IMG/VR virus record: IMGVR_UViG_3300045988_032064
Span: 1-41,325 of that record
Direction: 5' to 3' (one strand)
Source: a virus
DNA length: 41,325 bases
Shown: positions 8,875 to 17,235 of the stretch, piece after piece
How positions within the stretch are numbered: position 1 is the first letter of the stretch
Layout of the letters: each line of letters opens with the position of its first letter
Position numbers and translations under genes: made by a program
Notes under the pieces: model-generated
Databases searched by the model: none
Told to the model about the DNA's origin: nothing
Seen by the model: only the letters and a program-made list of their open reading frames with translations

Positions 8875-9642
8875 ATGATTGGACGCACAAACGCCGGTGG
8901 TTCTGGTGGCGGTGGACTAAACCTGAAAGTTGTAGGCGGCACCACACAGCCCACGGCACCACGGGAGAACACCATATGGATAAACACTACCACAGCCATT
9001 ACCGGCTACGCACTCAGCCCCACACAGCCAGAGACCGGCACAGAGGGCCTGGTGTGGCTCAAAACAGCGGATACCGGCGTGGAAATCAACGTGGGGCGGA
9101 AAAATGCGGTGTTGCTGCATTTGGCAATGTCCCAAGTGTACAGCGGTGGGGGTTGGAAAACCGTTGAGGGCTACGTGTACAAGAGCAGTGCATGGGTACA
9201 GTTTGGATTCCTTGCGCTATACAAAGACGGCGTTTTCTCTACTGACCACACTGAAAAAGTAATAAAAGGCTCAATCCAATATGCAGACACGTATTATACA
9301 GCCACTACAAATGGCGGTGGAAATGCTGGAGAAGCTTACGTTGTGTTTGGACCGCTATCTCTTGATGGAAATAAGACCGTTACCATGAGGGCGCAATTTG
9401 TATCGACAAAAGTAATTAATACTAGATTTGCTATTATGATAGCAAAAGATGCCAATGCAAACAGAAGTAATGCGGCGCTGAAAACCGAAGTAGATATCAA
9501 GGATTATGTGGAAAACACCGTATCGCTGGATATTAGCACGTTGGAAAGAGGAACGTGGTATGTCTACGCCGGCATCAATACCGGTGGAAGCGGTTGGAAT
9601 GACAAGCGTATCGTAAATGTAATGGAGGTGGGTTTTGCATGA
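8875..9642 (+). CDS. Putative tail fibre / receptor-binding protein
   Basis: Internal ATG 8875 of the track ORF. Gly-rich N-terminus MIGRTNAGGSGGGGLNLKVVGG. The C-terminal half (about 9190-9600) is visibly AT-richer. Confidence 0.5.
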   Translation: MIGRTNAGGSGGGGLNLKVVGGTTQPTAPRENTIWINTTTAITGYALSPTQPETGTEGLVWLKTADTGVEINVGRKNAVLLHLAMSQVYSGGGWKTVEGYVYKSSAWVQFGFLALYKDGVFSTDHTEKVIKGSIQYADTYYTATTNGGGNAGEAYVVFGPLSLDGNKTVTMRAQFVSTKVINTRFAIMIAKDANANRSNAALKTEVDIKDYVENTVSLDISTLERGTWYVYAGINTGGSGWNDKRIVNVMEVGFA

Positions 9643-9956
9643 CAATCTACATCGACACCGACTACAAATGCCATACCGCATCCAGCCCCGGTCTGACCGC
9701 TGTGGAGACTGACGCATTCACCGGCAAGTGCCCCGCCTACATTGAGGGCTACCGCTTTGTTCCATCCGGCTCTACCTGGGTACGTTCTGATGGCGCAATT
9801 TTCCAGGGCGAGATGGTTGCCCCATGGAAGCCCTGGGACGAGCTGGATGCCGCCCAACGTGAGTATGAGCGAGAACAGTACGCAACCTTGACCGCACAGA
9901 ACGCAGAGTATGAAACTGCCCTGTCCCAAATCGAAACTGCGCTGGGGGTGACGTGA
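9639..9956 (+). CDS. Hypothetical protein (fibre-associated)
   Basis: ATGA overlap, 105 aa, coiled-coil tail. Confidence 0.55.
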   Translation: MTIYIDTDYKCHTASSPGLTAVETDAFTGKCPAYIEGYRFVPSGSTWVRSDGAIFQGEMVAPWKPWDELDAAQREYEREQYATLTAQNAEYETALSQIETALGVT

Positions 9957-10078
9957 TGACCATCGAGGAACGGAAGCAGAGGATCCTCGCAAAGATTACA
10001 GAAATGCAAGCAGAGGGCGCAGACATGAAAAATGCGCTGACCATTTTGGAGGTGACACCGGATGCAGACGTGGAGTAA
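9956..10078 (+). CDS. Hypothetical 40-aa protein
   Basis: TGATG overlap, SD gggggtga. MTIEERKQRILAKITEMQAEGADMKNALTILEVTPDADVE. Below the ORF-track length cutoff. Confidence 0.4.
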   Translation: MTIEERKQRILAKITEMQAEGADMKNALTILEVTPDADVE

Positions 10079-10244
10079 TGGAGCCAAAAAGCGGCTGGTT
10101 GAAATTCGTGCCGCCGAGAATGGGGAGCAGGACATGAGAACCATTGCGGCGGCCCTTGCTAAGCTACCGCCTGGTCAACTAAAAAAAGTCCTCACAGAGG
10201 ATATCGTTGCCATTCTGGCGAAGTATGGGGTGGTCATCGGATGA
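10062..10244 (+). CDS. Hypothetical 60-aa protein
   Basis: SD ggaggtga 6 nt upstream of the ATG. Confidence 0.5.
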   Translation: MQTWSNGAKKRLVEIRAAENGEQDMRTIAAALAKLPPGQLKKVLTEDIVAILAKYGVVIG

Positions 10245-10273
10245 AATCCAAAACCTAAAGGAGGCCAAACAGT

Positions 10274-12706
10274 ATGGCAAATCGTGTCGTCCCAGACCGG
10301 TATGGCGTGATCAATATCGGAAAATTGAAAGAGAACTTGGTTACCGAGGTGCATCTACCCGCCCCGGGATTTGCTGGCGGTAGTTACGCCGTGCTGCTGC
10401 GGCGGCCTAAGGAGGAGCAGCCATATCCCGTAACCGTGCGGCACGAGGGCGGCAACCTGGTGTGGACGGTGCAAACCGCTGACACGGCCATTGCCGGAAT
10501 GGGCAAACTGGAATGCCGGTGGTATGGCGACAACGGCGAGGTAGCCAAGAGCCAAATCTACACAGTGCGCATTACCGATGGTCTCCCTGACCCCACCGAG
10601 GCCCCGGAGGCCTGGGCGGGATTTATGCAGCAGGTTAGCCAGGACGCTGGCCGGGCGGAAAGCGCCGCTGATAATGCCGCCAAGACGCTGCAAAAGCTGG
10701 AAGACGGAATCGCCTCCGGGGATTTCCGGGGCGAGAAAGGCGAGAAGGGCGAAAAGGGCGAAAAGGGAGACCGGGGCGAGGTGGGCCAAACTGGCCCCCA
10801 GGGATTGACTGGCCCGGTTGGCCCCAAGGGCGACCCCGGCCCCCAAGGGCCGAAGGGTGAAGCTGGCCCCGCCGGTGACACCACCGCCGCTGACGCCGCG
10901 GCAGAAGCAGCAAAAAAAGCCGCCCAGGAAGCCCAGAAAGCAGCGGAAGCGTCCGCCGGTTCGGCGGCGCAGGCTGCGGAATCTGTCGGCGGGCTGGCGG
11001 ATGATCTGGAGGCCACCCAGAACGATCTTGCCAAGATGAAACGGGCTATTAAATTCCAGGCGGAACTCAATAAGGGCCAGACTTGGGACTTTGAGGAGGA
11101 CACCCAGGAGGCCTACGAGCGGCAGGTGCCCAGCGGTGCCAAGGCCGGGGCGGTGATGGAGTGGGGTGGAACGACGGTGGCGTGGAATCAGCTGTGCCAA
11201 AACGCAGAACTGGCAAGCCTTGACGGATTTATCGAAGCCAGTTTGACCGTATTAACCGTAGCCGACGGGATAATTACAGCAAATTGTAAAGGGCCTAACC
11301 CTGGTGTTAAATCAAGTGATGATAATTGTATGGCTACAATTAACCACTACTATTACATCGCAACAACTGCAAAAATCGAAGCCGGTACTAGATATTATGC
11401 ACCATACTGTAATTCGGGTGTTTTTAATGTTGATCCACGTGCAAACGGAACGGGCGATTTCGTGCGATCCAGCGTAATAGCAAAGGCAATTACATCCGGG
11501 CCAGCCAAGATTGGCAGCCGAATTGCAACAACTGATAATGGATACTATGAAGGTGTTCTCCAGATGAAACAACCTGTTTTCATCGACCTCACCCTCCTCT
11601 ACGGCTCCGGCAACGAGCCGATGGATACCAGCGATCCCCGCATTGCCCAAATCGAGGCGTATGCGGCGGCCCACCCGGAGTACAACGCCGGAGAGCTGAT
11701 GAGTGCGGAGGTGGATAGCGTGGTGGAGCAGGGCGCCAACCTCATCAGCATCCAAGCGTTACAGGCATGGTGGCCCAATGATACTGAGGTCGATGGCGAC
11801 ATCCTTTATATCAAAGGAAATGGCACAAACGGAATATACAGGAAAAGATTCCCAATCAGTATTCCTTCAGGTGCCGTAATATCCGCAGAAGGAATTGAAC
11901 CGAAATTAAACATGCGCATGAGCAAAAACGCAAGGATAGTTTTTGTTCGTCCGAATGGGACGGCTTTTAGTTACTTGTTATCTGACGCATCTTGCGCCCC
12001 CCAAAAAATAGAAAATGTGGTTATGAACAGCGACATTATAGCGCTCTATTTAGATTACAGCGAATCCAATGACTTTTTTGGCATTGCGAATTTAATGATC
12101 CGGTTGCCTTATGCCTCGCCCGATTACTCCCCCTACCATCAGACCACCCATCCCATCCCGGATGCGGTGAAACAGCTCCCCGGCTACGGCTGGAGCGCTG
12201 GCTCTGTTGCCAACACGGTGAAGCGGACAGAAAACGGCTGGCAGTATGTGCAGCGGGTGGAGAGCGTGGATTTGGGGACGCTGGATTATACCAAAGAAGA
12301 AAATACATTTCGGGCAAAAATTCAGGGCATGCGGATCGTATCAACGGACGTGGCATTTAATGGCCGCTGCAAATCGTTTATTTCCATACGCTACAGAGAT
12401 AGCTGGACCGTTGATGGGACTATGTCACAAGATACCGCGAAGAGGCTGGTGCTTATCCACAGCGGGTATAGCGACATAGCATCCTTTTTGTCCTATATCC
12501 GTGGGACCCTCCTCTATTACGAGCTGGCCGCCCCCATCACCACAGACATCACCAACCTGATGGGTGAATCTCTGGCCCCGTTCCCGGTGGAGGCTGGCGG
12601 CTCCATCACCATGCACCACCCAAAGGCGGATGAGGGCTTTGCTATAGATGTTCCCGCAAAAATCCAGTACATCACAAAACTCTCGGAGGTGAGCGCTAAT
12701 GGATAA
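10274..12706 (+). CDS. Tail fibre with collagen-like repeats
   Basis: SD aaaggagg, 810 aa. 17 G-X-Y triplets, then an Ala-rich coiled coil, then two large C-terminal modules. Confidence 0.85.
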   Translation: MANRVVPDRYGVINIGKLKENLVTEVHLPAPGFAGGSYAVLLRRPKEEQPYPVTVRHEGGNLVWTVQTADTAIAGMGKLECRWYGDNGEVAKSQIYTVRITDGLPDPTEAPEAWAGFMQQVSQDAGRAESAADNAAKTLQKLEDGIASGDFRGEKGEKGEKGEKGDRGEVGQTGPQGLTGPVGPKGDPGPQGPKGEAGPAGDTTAADAAAEAAKKAAQEAQKAAEASAGSAAQAAESVGGLADDLEATQNDLAKMKRAIKFQAELNKGQTWDFEEDTQEAYERQVPSGAKAGAVMEWGGTTVAWNQLCQNAELASLDGFIEASLTVLTVADGIITANCKGPNPGVKSSDDNCMATINHYYYIATTAKIEAGTRYYAPYCNSGVFNVDPRANGTGDFVRSSVIAKAITSGPAKIGSRIATTDNGYYEGVLQMKQPVFIDLTLLYGSGNEPMDTSDPRIAQIEAYAAAHPEYNAGELMSAEVDSVVEQGANLISIQALQAWWPNDTEVDGDILYIKGNGTNGIYRKRFPISIPSGAVISAEGIEPKLNMRMSKNARIVFVRPNGTAFSYLLSDASCAPQKIENVVMNSDIIALYLDYSESNDFFGIANLMIRLPYASPDYSPYHQTTHPIPDAVKQLPGYGWSAGSVANTVKRTENGWQYVQRVESVDLGTLDYTKEENTFRAKIQGMRIVSTDVAFNGRCKSFISIRYRDSWTVDGTMSQDTAKRLVLIHSGYSDIASFLSYIRGTLLYYELAAPITTDITNLMGESLAPFPVEAGGSITMHHPKADEGFAIDVPAKIQYITKLSEVSANG
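10730..10882 (+). repeat. Collagen-like G-X-Y coding repeat (17 triplets, includes 4x GEK 9-bp units)
   Basis: GEKGEKGEKGEKGDRGEVGQTGPQGLTGPVGPKGDPGPQGPKGEAGPAGDT read directly from the translation. Confidence 0.9.
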
Positions 12707-12860
12707 CACCAAAACCGCCCTCCTGGGCCTGGTTGGGGCCACGGAGGAGGAGACCCAGCCCAGCCCCACCCCTACGGAGGAACGGCTCAAGGAATTGGAG
12801 AGCCAGAACCAGATGCTCATGGAGTGTCTGCTAGAGATGTCGGAGACAGTTTATGCGTAA
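12699..12860 (+). CDS. Hypothetical 53-aa protein
   Basis: The ATG overlaps the end of the fibre gene. MDNTKTALLGLVGATEEETQPSPTPTEERLKELESQNQMLMECLLEMSETVYA. Below the track cutoff. Confidence 0.4.
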   Translation: MDNTKTALLGLVGATEEETQPSPTPTEERLKELESQNQMLMECLLEMSETVYA

Positions 12861-12900
12861 GCTGCTGTTTTCATTACTTTTTGGGAAAGGAGGAGAAACA

Positions 12901-13032
12901 ATGATGGCTATGTTGTGGGCACAGCAGATCATGCTGGGAAAGAAAACTTACGCACAGGTCCCTCGGCTGCTGAAAGCGAAGGTTAAGGAAGTCCTGATCG
13001 ATTCCGGCTGTGAGGAGCTGGTTCAGGAGTAA
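12901..13032 (+). CDS. Hypothetical 43-aa protein common upstream of lysis genes
   Basis: SD aaaggagg. MMAMLWAQQIMLGKKTYAQVPRLLKAKVKEVLIDSGCEELVQE. Confidence 0.5.
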   Translation: MMAMLWAQQIMLGKKTYAQVPRLLKAKVKEVLIDSGCEELVQE

Positions 13033-13085
13033 CCAAAAGCGCCCTGCCCCCGAAAGGGGGTGGGGACAATTGGAGGTGAGAAAAA

Positions 13086-13754
13086 TTGACTATTAAACAA
13101 ATCCAGTGCCTTTTGGATTACCTGGGCTATGACCCCGGGGTAATCGACGGAGCCAACGGCCCCAACACGGAGGACGCTGTGAGGGCGTTCCAGGCGACGG
13201 AAGGGCTGACGGCGGACGGCATCCCTGGCCCTCTTACCGAAGCCAAGCTGCTGGACGCTGTTGCCGCCGGGCGGGTGTATAAGCCTCCCGACAAGGTCCC
13301 GGCGGCATCCCAACCCACCGGGACTGCTGACGCTGCCAAGTACCTCCGCTCTGATGGCTGCTACCATATCCCCAGGGGGGTGGATGTACAGCTTACCAAA
13401 AACTTTTGGGCCCACGAGATCCACTGCCAAGGGGTAGGTTGCTGCACTGAGAGCGTGATCTCCAAGCGGATCATGGAGCTGGCCCAGGAGATCCGGGACG
13501 ACCTGGGGGAGCCCCTGGCCATTGGCACCGCCAAGGGCTCCGGATACCGGTGCAAAACCCACAACGCAGAGGTAAACGGCGCGGCGGGGAGCCTGCACAT
13601 GATCTCCGATGCCGTGGACCTGAACTACCGGGACCCGGCCAAGCTCAAAAAGGTGGTGCTCCGGCACCTCACAGACGGCGAGGTGGGCCTCTATAGCTGG
13701 GGCTGCCATGTGGGGCGGTGGGACCGGGGCTACGTTAACCAGTTTTATAAGTAA
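13086..13754 (+). CDS. Endolysin: PG-binding domain + M15-type zinc peptidase
   Basis: TTG start after ggaggtgag. The N-terminal segment GYDPGVIDGANGPNTEDAVRAFQATEGLTADGIPG is PG_binding_1-like. The C-terminal segment SGYRCKTHNAEVNGAAGSLHMISDAVD is M15-like. Confidence 0.8.
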   Translation: MTIKQIQCLLDYLGYDPGVIDGANGPNTEDAVRAFQATEGLTADGIPGPLTEAKLLDAVAAGRVYKPPDKVPAASQPTGTADAAKYLRSDGCYHIPRGVDVQLTKNFWAHEIHCQGVGCCTESVISKRIMELAQEIRDDLGEPLAIGTAKGSGYRCKTHNAEVNGAAGSLHMISDAVDLNYRDPAKLKKVVLRHLTDGEVGLYSWGCHVGRWDRGYVNQFYK

Positions 13755-13770
13755 CAGGAGGATCTACATT

Positions 13771-14007
13771 TTGTCCAATGCCATTATTTCTCTGATCTCC
13801 GCCGTCATCGGCGGCGGGATCTCCCTGGTGGGGGTGCTGATCGCAAACAGCAAAGCCACCGCCGTGATGGAGGAAAAGATCGCGGAACTTACCCGGGAGG
13901 TCCGGGCCCACAACAACTTCGCCCAGCGGATTCCTGTTGTGGAGGAGCAGATCAAAGTCATCAACCACCGGCTGGCGGATTTGGAAGATTTCCACAAGCC
14001 GGACTAA
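13771..14007 (+). CDS. Single-pass membrane coiled-coil protein (holin-associated/XhlA-like)
   Basis: TTG start 9 nt after AGGAGG. N-terminal TM segment SNAIISLISAVIGGGISLVGVLIA followed by a coiled coil. Confidence 0.5.
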   Translation: MSNAIISLISAVIGGGISLVGVLIANSKATAVMEEKIAELTREVRAHNNFAQRIPVVEEQIKVINHRLADLEDFHKPD

Positions 14008-14025
14008 TTTAAGGAGGCAAAAACT

Positions 14026-14232
14026 ATGAAAATGACAAACAGAACTTATGACATCCTGAAATGGATCGCCCTGATCCTGCTGCCCGCCCTGGCTACGTTT
14101 TACGCTGCCATTGCGGCGGTGTGGAACCTGCCCTACACCGAGCAGGTAGTTGGAACTATCACGGCGGTGGACACTCTGCTGGGTACGCTGCTGAAAATTT
14201 CCAGCGACAACTACAAAAAGCAGGAGGGCTAA
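14026..14232 (+). CDS. Holin
   Basis: SD taaggagg, 68 aa. YDILKWIALILLPALATFYAAIAAVWNLPY is typical of small Gram-positive phage holins. Confidence 0.7.
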   Translation: MKMTNRTYDILKWIALILLPALATFYAAIAAVWNLPYTEQVVGTITAVDTLLGTLLKISSDNYKKQEG

Positions 14233-14239
14233 GTGATAA

Positions 14240-14476
14240 GTGGACCGGATCCCGTGGAACCGGGTGATTTTGGATGAATTTTGTTCCCTGGCGCTACTCA
14301 CGCCATTGGAAGAAAACATAATCCGTACCCGGGCCGCCGGATGGAGCCGTGTACAGCAGTGCCACGCTTACGGTATGTCCCTTGCCACATTAGATAGGCA
14401 CATCAGAAAGCTGCGCAAGCAATACGAGACGGTGCAGGAGTACAGCTATGTACTCCCCCGCAATATCGACTTCTGA
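14240..14476 (+). CDS. Small sigma-70 region-4/LuxR-like HTH regulator
   Basis: GTG start. LTPLEENIIRTRAAGWSRVQQCHAYGMSLATLDRHIRKLRKQY looks like a region-4 HTH. Confidence 0.5.
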   Translation: MDRIPWNRVILDEFCSLALLTPLEENIIRTRAAGWSRVQQCHAYGMSLATLDRHIRKLRKQYETVQEYSYVLPRNIDF

Positions 14477-14502
14477 CAGTTTTTTGACAACTATATGATT
14501 GT

Positions 14503-14542
14503 AAATCGGTAGGAAAACGATAGTTTTTCTACCGATTTTTTT
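14503..14542 (+). terminator. Rho-independent terminator
   Basis: 15-bp stem aaatcggtaggaaaa/tttttctaccgattt followed by a T-run. Confidence 0.8.
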
Positions 14543-14573
14543 GTTATCCTATGGGCAGAAAGGGGCGGTGCCT

Positions 14574-14954
14574 ATGGGAGCATACAGGCCATATAATCCA
14601 AACCCACGGGCTGCCAAAGTGGGCGATTGCGCCGTCCGGGCCGTAGCCAAAGCGTTAGGAATTGACTGGTATCAATCCTACATTGAGTTAGTCAACGAGG
14701 GCTTGGAGCAGTGCGACCTCCCTAGCGCAAACAATGTGTGGGGCGCTGTCCTCCGGCGGCATGGATTCCGGCGGGCGGCGATCCCAGAAGAATGCCCGGA
14801 CTGCTACACCGTGGGTGACTTTATCCGGGAACACCCGGCGGGAACCTACATTGTGGCCCTGAAAAACCACGTTGTGACCGTGGAGGACGGCGTGTTATAC
14901 GACACCTGGAACTCTATGGATGAAAACCCAATCTATTTTTGGAGGCGTGAATAA
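14574..14954 (+). CDS. Hypothetical protein with a papain-like Cys/His/Asp pattern
   Basis: SD agaaagggg. GDCAVRAVAKAL ... KNHVVTVEDGVLYDTW. First gene of the accessory operon. Confidence 0.6.
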   Translation: MGAYRPYNPNPRAAKVGDCAVRAVAKALGIDWYQSYIELVNEGLEQCDLPSANNVWGAVLRRHGFRRAAIPEECPDCYTVGDFIREHPAGTYIVALKNHVVTVEDGVLYDTWNSMDENPIYFWRRE

Positions 14955-15364
14955 TGGCGTATCCTTATCCTTACAGCGCACCATACGGGGCGCAGAGCTA
15001 TTTCCAGGTGGCACCAGGCAGCTATAGCCAACCAATGCAGATGCCGATACAGCAACCTACAGCACCAGTACAAGCCTCTCAGGCGACGCAGGACGACCGC
15101 ATCTGGGTAGCGTCCGAGTCTGCGGCAGAAGCGTTTTTTGTGGCCGCCAATGGCTTTGTACGGCTTTGGGACAGCAACAAGCCGGTATTTTACGAAAAAC
15201 GGGCCGACATGAACGGGCGGCCTATGCCGCTGGTAGCGTATGAATACAAGATACGGGATGCAAGCGCAGGACAGGAATCGGTTAGCGCCGGATTTGAGCA
15301 GCGGCTTTCCGCCGTAGAAGAAAAGCTAAAGAAAATGATGGAGGGACAGAACAATGATGCCTAA
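14954..15364 (+). CDS. Hypothetical protein, P/Q/Y-rich N-terminus
   Basis: TAATG coupling, 136 aa. Confidence 0.6.
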   Translation: MAYPYPYSAPYGAQSYFQVAPGSYSQPMQMPIQQPTAPVQASQATQDDRIWVASESAAEAFFVAANGFVRLWDSNKPVFYEKRADMNGRPMPLVAYEYKIRDASAGQESVSAGFEQRLSAVEEKLKKMMEGQNNDA

Positions 15365-15563
15365 CCCTATGCAGATGATTTCCCAATTCCCCCAGTTTAT
15401 GCAGCAGATGAGAGGCCAAGACCCCCAGCAATTGCTTAACCAGCTGGTACAGAGTGGCCGGGTGAATCAGCAGCAACTCAACCAGGCCCAGCAGATGGCA
15501 CAGCAGATGCAGGGACAGTTTGATCAATTCCGGGGAATGTTTGGTTTCGGTAACAGGCGGTAA
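15354..15563 (+). CDS. Hypothetical Gln-rich 69-aa protein
   Basis: Overlaps the upstream gene by 11 nt. 21 of 69 residues are Gln. Confidence 0.55.
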   Translation: MMPNPMQMISQFPQFMQQMRGQDPQQLLNQLVQSGRVNQQQLNQAQQMAQQMQGQFDQFRGMFGFGNRR

Positions 15564-15603
15564 CCCGCTGTTATAAATATCTTTTTTACAGGAGGAAAAC
15601 AAA

Positions 15604-16395
15604 ATGGCAATTTCCAACGAAATGGGCCCTGCTGATGTCCGAGCGTGCACCGAAGGTGCCAACGGATATGGCAACGGCATGGGCTGGGGCGGTGAATGGT
15701 TCATCTGGATCGTTCTCTTCGCTGTCCTGTTCGGCTGGGGCGGCAACGGCTGGGGCGGTGGCTTTGGTGGCCGTGGTGCTGGCGCTGGTGCTGTGGACGG
15801 CTATGTGCTGGCTTCCGACTTTTCCAACATTGAGCGGAAAATCGACAGCGTGAACAATGGCGTCTGCGACGGCTTTTATGCCATGAATACCGGAATGCTG
15901 AATGGGTTTGCTGGCGTGAACCAGAACATGAGCAACGGTTTCCAGGCGGCGGAGCTTTCCCGGTGCAACCAGCAGGCGGCTTTGATGCAACAGCTTTTCC
16001 AGATGCAGATGGCCCAGCAGCAGTGCTGCTGCGAGAACCGGGAGGCGGTCCAGGGCGTGAACTACAATCTGGCGACCCAGAGCTGTGACACCCGGAACAC
16101 CATCCAGAACACCACCCGGGACATCATCGACGCTATGAACTGCGGTTTCCGCTCCATCGACCAGCGGTTGACGGCTCAGGAAATGGCGGCAAAGGATCAG
16201 ATTATCGCTCAGCAGAACCAGAAGCTGTTTATGTCCGAGTTGGCCGCAAGCCAGAGCAACCAGAACCAGGTTCTAAAGGGCTATGTCGCCGAACAGTTCG
16301 CCTACTACAACCCCCCTGCCAGACCAGCTTATGTCGTCCCGAATCCCAACTGCTGCGGTAACGGCTACGGCTGCGGCTGCGGAAACGTGGCGTAA
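15604..16395 (+). CDS. Hypothetical Gly/Trp-rich membrane protein with 12 Cys
   Basis: SD aggagg. GWGGEWFIWIVLFAVLFGWGGNGWGGGFGG, a CCC triplet, and a C-terminal CCGNGYGCGCG. Confidence 0.7.
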   Translation: MAISNEMGPADVRACTEGANGYGNGMGWGGEWFIWIVLFAVLFGWGGNGWGGGFGGRGAGAGAVDGYVLASDFSNIERKIDSVNNGVCDGFYAMNTGMLNGFAGVNQNMSNGFQAAELSRCNQQAALMQQLFQMQMAQQQCCCENREAVQGVNYNLATQSCDTRNTIQNTTRDIIDAMNCGFRSIDQRLTAQEMAAKDQIIAQQNQKLFMSELAASQSNQNQVLKGYVAEQFAYYNPPARPAYVVPNPNCCGNGYGCGCGNVA

Positions 16396-16407
16396 GGAGG
16401 GCTGAAC

Positions 16408-16842
16408 ATGGCGGTTGAACTTACTGCAAACGCTGTCCAGGCAGTTCCGGCTGGGCAGAATGTGCTATTTACTGATACGCCGGTGAAATGTAACCGGGGG
16501 TATGTTGTTCACCGTGATGGGGCTGGCCTTGTAACCCTACGTGGACTTTGTAACGGCTGCTCCACCCTGGCCCGGTATCGGGTGCTGTTTGTGGGCAATA
16601 TCTCCGTTCCCACCGGCGGAACCGCTGGAGCTATCAGTGTGGCCCTGGCCCTGGGCGGGGAGGCGCTGCCTACCACTACGGCAACGGTTACCCCCGCCGC
16701 CGCTGGGGAAGCTTTTAACGTGGCGACTTCCGCCTTTGTGGATGTGCCCCGTAACTGCTGTGTGGCGCTGTCCGTGCGTAACATTTCCGGCCAGGCCATT
16801 GATGTTGCCAACGCCAATCTGATGATTGAGCGTGTGGCGTAA
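16408..16842 (+). CDS. Hypothetical beta-rich 144-aa protein (possibly TNF/C1q-like jelly roll)
   Basis: SD taaggaggg. Ala/Gly/Thr/Val-rich. The fold suggestion is from memory of BclA-C-terminal-like sequences and is unverified. Confidence 0.65.
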   Translation: MAVELTANAVQAVPAGQNVLFTDTPVKCNRGYVVHRDGAGLVTLRGLCNGCSTLARYRVLFVGNISVPTGGTAGAISVALALGGEALPTTTATVTPAAAGEAFNVATSAFVDVPRNCCVALSVRNISGQAIDVANANLMIERVA

Positions 16843-16857
16843 CAGGAGGTGAACAAA

Positions 16858-17232
16858 ATGAAGCATTTGGAAGATTTGCGGGATACCCTGTGCCGGGAGC
16901 TGGATGAAATCGCCGGAAAGGGCGAACTGTCCGCCGGTGCTCTCGATACCGTGGACAAGTTGGCCCACACCATCAAAAACCTGGACAAGGTGATGATGGG
17001 AGAAGGGTACAGCAGCGCCGGAGATTGGTATGCAATGGGTAACTACGGCGAACGGCCTGGATACCGGGACAGCGTGAGCTACCGGGGCCGGAAGCGGGAC
17101 AGCATGGGCCGCTACAGCCGGACCGATGCCAAGGAGGATATTGCCGACAAGCTGCGGCGCATGATGGATGATGCGCCTGACAGCAGAACCCGGGAGGCTT
17201 TAGACAAGGCCCTCCGGTGCATGGAGGAATAA
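16858..17232 (+). CDS. Hypothetical protein, helical ends and an R/S/Y/G-rich centre
   Basis: ATG 8 nt after AGGAGG, 124 aa. Confidence 0.65.
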   Translation: MKHLEDLRDTLCRELDEIAGKGELSAGALDTVDKLAHTIKNLDKVMMGEGYSSAGDWYAMGNYGERPGYRDSVSYRGRKRDSMGRYSRTDAKEDIADKLRRMMDDAPDSRTREALDKALRCMEE

Positions 17233-17235
17233 CGG

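Noticed and set aside
10730-10766. Tandem 9-bp DNA repeats (ggcgagaaa-like, four copies) as a possible VNTR or CRISPR-like array
   Set aside because: They are in frame and encode GEK triplets of the collagen-like fibre segment. There are no spacers and no repeat architecture of a CRISPR array anywhere in the window.
8875-12706. Diversity-generating retroelement acting on the fibre genes
   Set aside because: No reverse-transcriptase ORF is present, and I could find no template/variable repeat pair by eye.
14485-14490. TTGACA hexamer upstream of the accessory operon as its promoter
   Set aside because: There is no acceptable -10 element at 16-19 nt spacing, and the hexamer lies upstream of the strong terminator hairpin.
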